Of a stretch of 64,000 nucleotides of DNA, positions 44,010 through 51,912 are shown piece by piece. The stretch's first letter is position 1, and each line of letters opens with the position of its first letter. The notes under the pieces were generated by a model that saw only the letters and a program-made list of their open reading frames with translations, ran no database searches and was not told where the DNA came from. Position numbers and translations under genes: made by a program. The DNA is taken from positions 1 through 64,000 of IMG/VR virus record IMGVR_UViG_3300044680_000280. One strand, written 5' to 3'.

Positions 44010-45323
44010 TCACCCCAGAACGGGTAAAAGGAGATCCATCTGTTCCTTGGGGAGCTTCCCGATGGCGTAGAAAGACACCATCTCAGCGAAGTTCTCCTCA
44101 GGGCCGCCCCGCTTGGCGTACGAGGTGATGAAGTCCAGAAAACCAGTCGATGCCAATGGCGTCCCTTTTAACTCAAAGAACGTAGTCACGGGCATCGTGT
44201 AGACGCTAATACGCCCGTCTGGACGAGGCGTGGGATCCTGAAGCTTCACGGATTTTCGTCTGAAATCTCGGTCCGTCACCTTGAGTTCTACGCCCTTGTA
44301 TAGAAGGGTGTCTCCCCTCTCAGGATAATCTTTGAAGCTCGGGCCACTGACTTTGGAGTGGACGCTGATCGTATTGTAGATCTTGACGATCTCGCTTTTT
44401 TTGGAAGACAGAAACTTTTCGCAAAGTCGGTGCGTGAGCTCGTGACAGACCACTCGAACCGTGTCCGTAGTCATTTTGGCATCGGCTCGGACGAACATCT
44501 CATCCTTAGAGGGGAGGTAGAACGCAGCGATCCTCTCCCCAGACAGGCGGTTCGTAATAAGGACGTCGCCATAACAGACTTTCCCCAAACCAATCCCTTC
44601 CATTTTGAGGGCGGCTTCCTCACACAGACGAGCCTTCTCTTCCATCAACTTCGTGTCAAACCCACCCGTATTGACCACGACGAAGGGTCCAGCCTTGAAT
44701 CTAGTAACCACGTCCCCCGTATCCGAGTGGCTCTTCCCCGAAGTCAGGGCTTCCATAAATAACTTTTCGTGCTTACGGAAGAGTTCCAGATGCTCCAGAT
44801 AAAGTTCAGTGCGTTCAACGTACATGTCCTCAACTGTCTTACCCCTCGGGAGACGGATGTTTCGGGCCCAAAATTTGGACGCGACCTCGATGGACTTTCG
44901 CAATTTGGGCGAAAGGACCATCTGTTGTAGGATGGCAAGGCAAAGAAGACGTGCGGTGTCCTTCAAACGGTCGAACCCATGCTGCTGCATGTGTATCGAG
45001 ATGGCGGCCCCCTTGTCGCTCCACTGCCTGGAGGATGGGTCACGGCCATCCCTTTGAGCTTGGAGTTGCTCGATTCTTTCACGAACTGCTTTGTAAGCCT
45101 CGTGGCCAGCCTCTGGTTTGAGCTCTTCTCGAGTTTTTACAATCTCAGCATGAAGGCGCAGGTACTCCTTGGCATCGGCTTCTTTCTCTGCGTATTTCGC
45201 CACGCCGATCCTGAAGAGGAGGAGAAGCTCCTTCGGGTCGCCGATGGAGTCCCCACGCTTAGTCCGTTCTGCTACACGGATTGCGAGTTGATATCGCTCG
45301 GCGACTCGAAGCGAAACGTCCAT
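44010..45323 (-). CDS. HExxH metallopeptidase (lethal-factor-like) with doubled RVAER leader
   Basis: MDVSLRVAERYQLAIRVAERTKR; VCHELTHRL; SYAKRGGPEENFAEMV. Confidence 0.75.
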   Translation of the reverse strand: MDVSLRVAERYQLAIRVAERTKRGDSIGDPKELLLLFRIGVAKYAEKEADAKEYLRLHAEIVKTREELKPEAGHEAYKAVRERIEQLQAQRDGRDPSSRQWSDKGAAISIHMQQHGFDRLKDTARLLCLAILQQMVLSPKLRKSIEVASKFWARNIRLPRGKTVEDMYVERTELYLEHLELFRKHEKLFMEALTSGKSHSDTGDVVTRFKAGPFVVVNTGGFDTKLMEEKARLCEEAALKMEGIGLGKVCYGDVLITNRLSGERIAAFYLPSKDEMFVRADAKMTTDTVRVVCHELTHRLCEKFLSSKKSEIVKIYNTISVHSKVSGPSFKDYPERGDTLLYKGVELKVTDRDFRRKSVKLQDPTPRPDGRISVYTMPVTTFFELKGTPLASTGFLDFITSYAKRGGPEENFAEMVSFYAIGKLPKEQMDLLLPVLG

Positions 45324-45844
45324 CAGTGACCCGAGTGCCAGCCCTTCAAAACTGTCAGGCCCGCGTGGGCATCTGCAAGAGCCGATTGCGCAATCGCAAG
45401 GGTTGCCTGGGGGGCGGGAGCGGCGAGGTGGACGACTCCAGCGACGGGCGCGGTCACGTTTCCACCGAACTGATCCACGATGGCGATCACCTGTCCGACC
45501 GCGGTTGTAACATCGCCCATAAGCGCCGTAAAGTCGGGGCTCGGGGTCTGCGCCGTCGCGGCCGCCTGAAGGGCCGCGTTGAGGGCTGCTACCGCGTGGT
45601 TGACCGCTGTAAGAGCCGTCTCATAGTCAGCGGTGACGGCGGTGACGTTGGCGGCAGGAATGAGGGGTTGAACGGTGCTCCAGGCAACCGAGACGTCCGC
45701 GAGAACAGTCTCCTCGACCGACTCGAAAGCCGAAACGACTTCCGCTGGGTTTGATTGGAACTGATCCCACCAGTTGGTAAGAGTGGCACAGCCGGTCCCA
45801 AGGACGCTGAGCCCGATGACAGTGGCAATGAGAATGTTTTTCAT
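45323..45844 (-). CDS. putative lipoprotein
   Basis: MKNILIATVIGLSVLGTGC signal peptide with a weak lipobox; Ala-rich amphipathic body. Confidence 0.6.
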   Translation of the reverse strand: MKNILIATVIGLSVLGTGCATLTNWWDQFQSNPAEVVSAFESVEETVLADVSVAWSTVQPLIPAANVTAVTADYETALTAVNHAVAALNAALQAAATAQTPSPDFTALMGDVTTAVGQVIAIVDQFGGNVTAPVAGVVHLAAPAPQATLAIAQSALADAHAGLTVLKGWHSGH

Positions 45845-46116
45845 GGTTCCTTCTCCGTGTGCAATAGAAAGTTTCGTGTTCCTCCGGTGTGGTGGGTCCA
45901 AGTCCCCTCACCGGTGTACCCAATGTTGTACTTTGCGAGTATCTTCTCGATCTCGGCAGCAACAGCCTTTTCTCCTGGTTCCTCAACCCATCCGTGAGAC
46001 TTGCCCTTACGGATGACCTCACTCGCAATCCAAGCTGCGTCCTCCTCGGCGGAGTCATAGTGAAGGTTGGCTCGCCTCTCAAAAGAGGAGCGTCGGTCGT
46101 AAAAGTAATCACTCAT
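45841..46116 (-). CDS. small protein with YDRR leader
   Basis: MSDYFYDRRSSFERRA; ATGA-coupled on both sides. Confidence 0.65.
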   Translation of the reverse strand: MSDYFYDRRSSFERRANLHYDSAEEDAAWIASEVIRKGKSHGWVEEPGEKAVAAEIEKILAKYNIGYTGEGTWTHHTGGTRNFLLHTEKEP

Positions 46117-46562
46117 TGTGGTGGTGGACTGGATGGCTTTCGAGGACCAAAAGCGCCAGCGGGTACGGAGGGGGTAGAGTTTATCACCTTCGATACCACC
46201 TTCTGAACAAGTGGGTTATTCGACTCGGCGGCAACTCCGAACCATTCCTTAACACGAGCAAAGACCCACCCACAACCGACTCCACAAGCAGCCCCGTACA
46301 TGAGCTTAGCACTCAAGATATTTGACACGGGCATGGGCCAGGGAAACTTCTTGCAAACGACTGCAAGCAGCATTCCAGCTCCTACAGGGCCAAACGGCAA
46401 AAGTACCGTTTGCCATATCCAACCCTGAGAAAAGGACTTCGTTGCGGGCATGTGCTCAACGATGGAACGAAAGAACTGGGTAAGAAGATAGACGGACATG
46501 CAGAACAGAATCGTCTGCCAATTCGCAAATACCTCAATACCGTCTCTGAGTTCAGGAGCCAC
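46113..46562 (-). CDS. holin-like membrane protein (about 3 TM)
   Basis: Three hydrophobic segments and a charged, Pro-rich C-terminus. Confidence 0.5.
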   Translation of the reverse strand: MAPELRDGIEVFANWQTILFCMSVYLLTQFFRSIVEHMPATKSFSQGWIWQTVLLPFGPVGAGMLLAVVCKKFPWPMPVSNILSAKLMYGAACGVGCGWVFARVKEWFGVAAESNNPLVQKVVSKVINSTPSVPAGAFGPRKPSSPPPQ

Positions 46563-46586
46563 AAATAGGGGCCACCATAAAAGGAA

Positions 46587-46781
46587 TCAGCTCTGAGGAC
46601 GTAAAGGGATATACCCTCGTTCCCACTGGTCGAGTCGACTCAATCTATCTTGAAGTCGAGAGATCTGCTCAGTGGAAAGAACGTTTCCGATCATCACACC
46701 ACGAATTTGCTCCCGCATGCGAGCGGCTGCCTTGGAACGAACATCAGCAGGAATGTCGAGATATGTCAGGTGACCAATCAC
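46587..46781 (-). CDS. small hypothetical protein
   Basis: ATGA coupling to the 1450-aa gene. Confidence 0.55.
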   Translation of the reverse strand: MIGHLTYLDIPADVRSKAAARMREQIRGVMIGNVLSTEQISRLQDRLSRLDQWERGYIPLRPQS

Positions 46782-49700
46782 GAGTCCCTCCTCGACAGGG
46801 TGATCGTTGCGGGATTGGTGTCAAGGCGAACATTGTCGTTCAGGACAGGATGTCCTTCGATACGGTAGAGGTCCGCTGCCGAGTATCCCTCGTTCGCGCC
46901 GTTCGTTCCGATGTAAACGAACGCCGGGTGGGGATTGTTGTCCGTCAACTGCTGAACGTTCGTCAAAACGAGTAGCATGAGCTCGTCGCCAGCACTGACC
47001 TCGTTTCCTCCAACGGAGGTTACCGCGTTGCGAACGAGCATCGCGCGACCAGCTAGTACGTTCGAGTGGCTGGCTGGAGCCGTTACGGAAGTGTATTCTG
47101 CTGCCACTTCCCCGCCCGGGTGTGCCCCATTCATGGTAAAGAGAGATCCCCCTCGATTGACGCGGAAATTCACGAGGAGGTTGTAGCTGACTGGTTCCCC
47201 GTCGACCTGAGCCACCAAATCACCGGCAGTGCCAGACGCCACGGAAGCTGTATCGAGAGGAACCTCGATTTGTTCGTATTGGGTGTTCGAGGTAAGGTTC
47301 GAACGAGAAGACGCCTCTCCGTGAGCTCCAAGATAGAGGAGCGGTGCAAAGGTGCCATTACCCAAACTACCGCCTCGGAAGTCCTTGTCGCGCCACAGGG
47401 CGCCCAAGGGAAGCCTTTCGGTAGCTCCTAGGTACTGTGTCCCGACCTCGGTCGTGTCGTCCGCTAGGGCGCCGACGAGAGTCGTGGGACGCGCCTGACC
47501 TGAGGTCGAGGGCGGGTACTGGGAGGGGTTCTCGTAACCAACATTACGGAAGTCCATCGAAGTTGCAGAAGCAACGTCCCCAGAAAATCGACCCGTACCC
47601 ATCGTGGTGACGAACCCAACAGACGCGAGGACCTCGAGAGCCTTCTGGTTCGGTCGAGTCAGTGCGGTCTCCGTGAGCTCCGTGGAATCGACCTGGTAAG
47701 CGCTAGCGGTCTGAATCGGGCCTAGGTACTGAGGAATGTCGACGTAGTTTGTTTGGCTGCCCCACGGATCGCCCTGGTAGGGGGTCCTGGAATAGTTGAC
47801 CAAAACGGTGTCGGTTGGCGTTGCAGGGCCTGGGAGAACGCTCGTCGGACCCGAAATACTGACCCCGATGTTCGAGGCTCGTGTCACGGTGTTACCAGCC
47901 TGTGACGTCTGACGCGACCTGGAAAGAACGAAACGAGGCTCCTGGGTGATGTCGAACGTCCCTCGGTCGAAGCCGAAGACGCTAGCCTCGATGACGTAGT
48001 TCCCGCTGGAGAAGCTCGTAATCGGGTTGACCGTGGAACGTGTGATATCGATGCAATCGGCGTTCAAAACGAAGGTTGAGTCGCCGTCCGCATCAATTTC
48101 GATCCAGAACGTCGCCGTGCTGACATTTTGGCGAAGAAGGTTCGTTGCGGTCGTACCCGTTTTGGGAGTACGATCCGTGCCGTTATAGGCGGAACCGTTG
48201 AGCTTGTAATCACCCGCTTCGTAAACGGCGAAGAGCCGAGCGATCCCGTAGAAGGGCGGAAGCTGTAGACCTTGACGGTTCAGATTGCGTGTATCCGAGA
48301 AGAACTGCATGCCCGCGCCCGTTAGGCTGCCAGGCAGGGAAACCGCCGTGTTGTATGTTGCGACGGGGAACGGAGAGGACCCACTGAAGTTGGCCGTGGT
48401 GAACACAGCCCACGTGAGGCTTCCGGAGGCAGCATAAGAGACGTAATTGCTATCTCCCGTTGCGGGTGATGCGTACTCACCCGAAAGGAACATGAAGTTG
48501 ATACCCTCGGAAAACGTCGTTGACGCCGCGTTGACGGGCAGAATCGGAACGTCGACTTCACCCCAGTTGGGGACCATCGAACGTGGGAGGGTGACATAAA
48601 TGTTCTTCGTGTTCAAGTAGCCTGTTGAGCTGAAATCGGTTGAGCACGAAAAGAGTCCGAGAGGGTCCGTCGTAGTCCACTTGGACGTGACACCGTCCGC
48701 CGCCTTGGTGGGCATCAATCCTTGAGCGAGGGTAACCGTATAGCTAAGAGAGGAGCCTGTCGGAACAGAACGGTCAAGAACGACGTGTCCGCTGTCCGTG
48801 TAAGAAACGATGGTGTAACGCCCGGGTTGTGAACCGTTCGTGATTTGAAGGGCATATCCGACTTGACCGCTTGTAAATGCCGCAGCAGTCGTATCCGCAA
48901 AGGTCGTCGACCCGTTGGCCGTACCCGTCGAACTTGTGACAACTGGCGATGGAGGAGTGAGCGCGGGGTTGTAGGAGCTTGCGACGTTCGCTGCCGTACC
49001 ATCGAGCGTGATGAAGGACGTCGGCCAAATGATCTGACGGAACGGCGCGATGATAGCGGTTTTGCTTCCCAGATCCGCGTAAAATGTGGCCGTAACGGGA
49101 AGATTTCGCTTGTATAGGGCGTTCGTTGTATTTCCGCCTCGGTAACGACTCCAGAGAGGGGCCCAACCAATCTTGGCCGGAAAATTCGTTGAGGGAACGC
49201 CCGCGGTGTTGACAAGGAGTTCGGACGCGGGGGAGACGAAAGTCATACTTTGAATGCTGTTCGGCCGACGGGCAAGTCCACGTCCGGGTCCGTACTGCAC
49301 GTGCAACGTGACGTAGATCTGATTTGCCGTTGCGGGGAAGCCCCCACCAAGTGTGACGACAAGGTTCGTATTTGGAGCCCCGCCCCCGGTTACCGTGTAC
49401 AAACTCGTCGGAACGTTCTCTTGTTGACCATCGATTCGAAGGGTAACGGCTGAGCTCAAGCTGTCATTGACCCAACGGATTTGATCGGTATCCGAACCAG
49501 GGACCGACGTTTGAAGAGCAGCAATCGGGAAAGTGAAAGAGTCCCCGGCACTGAACATGCTGGATGTTGCCTGGACCGTCTGGGTTGCCGTGACTGACAG
49601 GGAGTAGCCAGTATTGCTCACCGTGGCGGGAGGGACAGATCCAGTCGGCTGAATAACGGTTTCGATCTTTTGAATGACGGCAGCGTCTGAGAAAATCTGT

Positions 49701-51130
49701 CGGAATCCATCGGGAGCATCGAGTTCCGTGATGCCAAGTCCGGCTGTGTTCTGCGAGATCTTGTCTTGATAAACGACGTAAGGCCCTTGAGGACCCGCAC
49801 CCGTGCGCTTCCAGGTCGAACGGAGTGTGCCTCGAAGGAGTTTATCGAGGTTCGTGTCAAGCAGAGCCTGGTAATCGAACCCGTTGGGGTTGACCACGTG
49901 ACGAAGATCGAGAAGGTCCGTGAAGGCGATTTGGTCCGAAAAAAGTCCGTCGGGGCGAGTTGAAATGACCGAGATGGTCGACCCTGACGCGTGGGCGTCC
50001 GCCCGCGTGCCATTGACGCCTCGAACGAGACCGCTGATCGTAGTCCCCGTGATGGCGGAATACGTCAAAAGCTCGTCGCCGATTTGAATCAGAACGGCGG
50101 TCGCAGGAGTTGCGGGTAGCGGGATGTTCGTGGCGCTGACCAATGTCGCCATCGTGGCAGTCGAGGAGATGGTAGCGGAGAGAGTCGGAACCGTTGAAAA
50201 TGTCGCGATACCCGTACGATCCACAGCGAGAGGATTGCGATTGAATCCACCGTTCAGATTCTGAGAGGGGTCACCATTCCAGTTCACCGAGTTTCGACGG
50301 AAAACACCCGCAAGCGGAATCGCGTAGGTGTAGCCGTCCACCGTACCGAGAGCGTTCTGGGTGCCGTCGCCAGCTCGCCAAAGACCCGGGTCTCCTAGCG
50401 TAGAACGCATGTTCGTGAACGTATAGTTCGTCGCGGATGAGGCGGCACCCTGACCGAAAACCACCGTCGGGTCGAATCCATCGGGATTCGTCGTGAGACC
50501 AACGAGCCCCTTAGCAACCCGAATACGGTACTGAACCTGCACTCGTTCCGTCGTCTCGAAACCGAGTTCCGGATCGATGAGATCGTCGGCGAGGTAGGAG
50601 TACCCTCCCTCCACATTGCCGTATTTGTAAACGGCAGAGCTAGAAGGTTTGTTCGTTGCACTGGGATTGGGGGCGAGCTGCGCAAGCCAAACTTCGAGAA
50701 AAACGAAGTCCACGCGAGAGTCGCCGCTGTTCGAGGGTGGGGGATCCATCGCGATGACGTTGTACGTGTCCACGTCGTCTGGAGATCCAGGAGGAGTGCC
50801 CGTGCGGGTGCCCGTGACCGGAATCAACCAACCGTTAACCACGGCCCATTCGACGGCCTGAACCTCTCCTGTTCGCTGACGGCCAAAACGCCACCAATTG
50901 CTATACGTGGAATTCGTGATGAAAGAAGTCGGGTTGTTCATCTCGTTGCCGAGCCAACCTGAGACCGTGTCACGAAGAACGATCTTTCGGCGCCAACCGG
51001 TCGCGAGATCTTGCAGCAAAGTGAGCTCGGAATCGAGCGGTGGTTTACCTTGCTGCCAAATGACATCCAGGTATTGGGTGGACGACGGGTCCAACACTCG
51101 GGAAACACCTGAACCGTAGTAAAGAGTCAT
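46778..51130 (-). CDS. large virion structural protein (baseplate/tail), paralogue of 54306-57371
   Basis: 1450 aa, S/T/G-rich; N-terminal QQGKPPLDSEL resembles phage baseplate/tail N-termini. Confidence 0.75.
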   Translation of the reverse strand: MTLYYGSGVSRVLDPSSTQYLDVIWQQGKPPLDSELTLLQDLATGWRRKIVLRDTVSGWLGNEMNNPTSFITNSTYSNWWRFGRQRTGEVQAVEWAVVNGWLIPVTGTRTGTPPGSPDDVDTYNVIAMDPPPSNSGDSRVDFVFLEVWLAQLAPNPSATNKPSSSAVYKYGNVEGGYSYLADDLIDPELGFETTERVQVQYRIRVAKGLVGLTTNPDGFDPTVVFGQGAASSATNYTFTNMRSTLGDPGLWRAGDGTQNALGTVDGYTYAIPLAGVFRRNSVNWNGDPSQNLNGGFNRNPLAVDRTGIATFSTVPTLSATISSTATMATLVSATNIPLPATPATAVLIQIGDELLTYSAITGTTISGLVRGVNGTRADAHASGSTISVISTRPDGLFSDQIAFTDLLDLRHVVNPNGFDYQALLDTNLDKLLRGTLRSTWKRTGAGPQGPYVVYQDKISQNTAGLGITELDAPDGFRQIFSDAAVIQKIETVIQPTGSVPPATVSNTGYSLSVTATQTVQATSSMFSAGDSFTFPIAALQTSVPGSDTDQIRWVNDSLSSAVTLRIDGQQENVPTSLYTVTGGGAPNTNLVVTLGGGFPATANQIYVTLHVQYGPGRGLARRPNSIQSMTFVSPASELLVNTAGVPSTNFPAKIGWAPLWSRYRGGNTTNALYKRNLPVTATFYADLGSKTAIIAPFRQIIWPTSFITLDGTAANVASSYNPALTPPSPVVTSSTGTANGSTTFADTTAAAFTSGQVGYALQITNGSQPGRYTIVSYTDSGHVVLDRSVPTGSSLSYTVTLAQGLMPTKAADGVTSKWTTTDPLGLFSCSTDFSSTGYLNTKNIYVTLPRSMVPNWGEVDVPILPVNAASTTFSEGINFMFLSGEYASPATGDSNYVSYAASGSLTWAVFTTANFSGSSPFPVATYNTAVSLPGSLTGAGMQFFSDTRNLNRQGLQLPPFYGIARLFAVYEAGDYKLNGSAYNGTDRTPKTGTTATNLLRQNVSTATFWIEIDADGDSTFVLNADCIDITRSTVNPITSFSSGNYVIEASVFGFDRGTFDITQEPRFVLSRSRQTSQAGNTVTRASNIGVSISGPTSVLPGPATPTDTVLVNYSRTPYQGDPWGSQTNYVDIPQYLGPIQTASAYQVDSTELTETALTRPNQKALEVLASVGFVTTMGTGRFSGDVASATSMDFRNVGYENPSQYPPSTSGQARPTTLVGALADDTTEVGTQYLGATERLPLGALWRDKDFRGGSLGNGTFAPLLYLGAHGEASSRSNLTSNTQYEQIEVPLDTASVASGTAGDLVAQVDGEPVSYNLLVNFRVNRGGSLFTMNGAHPGGEVAAEYTSVTAPASHSNVLAGRAMLVRNAVTSVGGNEVSAGDELMLLVLTNVQQLTDNNPHPAFVYIGTNGANEGYSAADLYRIEGHPVLNDNVRLDTNPATITLSRRDS

Positions 51131-51166
51131 TTACATTCCTCGCACTTGTCGGGGTTATCAGTAAGT

Positions 51167-51173
51167 TACACCG
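51167..51173 (-). promoter_or_regulatory. CGGTGTA upstream element
   Basis: 36 nt before ATG 51130. Confidence 0.55.
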
Positions 51174-51176
51174 GAG

Positions 51177-51845
51177 CTAAAAGATCAAAGCCCACGACCC
51201 AACGAAGAGTTTCGAGGGGGTATTGTTGGTAATTTGCACCGAAAAGTTCATTCCCTGGTCGGCGGATGGGATGCTGAAGTCCATGGAGTCGGAGATTGGT
51301 AGATAGGTCACTCCGTTATTGAAGCTCACCTGAGCCGTTGTGTTTCCAGGAGAGGTTGGAATTTCATTGTACATTCTCGAATACCGCCCACCGGACGGAT
51401 CGGAATCGATGTACGAAAAGACTTCCCACGTAAAAACCCCGTTCGTAGGCGCTTCCGTAAGAGTGGCAGTCGAGGTAAGGGTACCGCCGGGATTGATCCA
51501 AATCGAGCCCCGATCCCCCAACCCTCCCGACGTAACGGTAACGCCCGTCGTAGAAAGCATATCGTTGAATGTGATGTAGGGGTAGCCTGCAAACGCACTG
51601 AGCAGACCCGTGTACTTTTTGGCGAGTAGGTCCCCCAAGTTTTGAGGAATTGACGGTTGAAGAGTTACAGGATCGATGAGAGCCGCGTTGTTTGGGACTC
51701 TCACAACGAAAGCTCCATTCACGAGTGTCTGGCCGCTCGGAGAATTGTCGACGGCAATGATCGGCGCCCCCTCGAATGGAGGCGATGATGGTGGGGCCAC
51801 CGTCGCAACGGTCGAAAATAGGTCTATGAGGTAGTGGGAGCTCAT
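51177..51845 (-). CDS. putative virion structural protein
   Basis: S/T/P/G-rich beta-type sequence within the tail cluster. Confidence 0.6.
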   Translation of the reverse strand: MSSHYLIDLFSTVATVAPPSSPPFEGAPIIAVDNSPSGQTLVNGAFVVRVPNNAALIDPVTLQPSIPQNLGDLLAKKYTGLLSAFAGYPYITFNDMLSTTGVTVTSGGLGDRGSIWINPGGTLTSTATLTEAPTNGVFTWEVFSYIDSDPSGGRYSRMYNEIPTSPGNTTAQVSFNNGVTYLPISDSMDFSIPSADQGMNFSVQITNNTPSKLFVGSWALIF

Positions 51846-51903
51846 GTATACTCACTCGGGGTTGCAGGTGACGGACTGCACTCCGTTTCGTAGATTTTTA
51901 AGC

Positions 51904-51910
51904 TACACCG
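51904..51910 (-). promoter_or_regulatory. CGGTGTA upstream element
   Basis: 58 nt before ATG 51845. Confidence 0.55.
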
Positions 51911-51912
51911 GA

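Noticed and set aside
1421-51910. GGTGTA as simply a Shine-Dalgarno variant (GGTG pairs with 16S CACC)
   Set aside because: Six copies lie 36-58 nt upstream, mostly with a separate SD, and the invariant TA and preceding C are not explained by anti-SD pairing. A dual role in the 9-11 nt class is not excluded.
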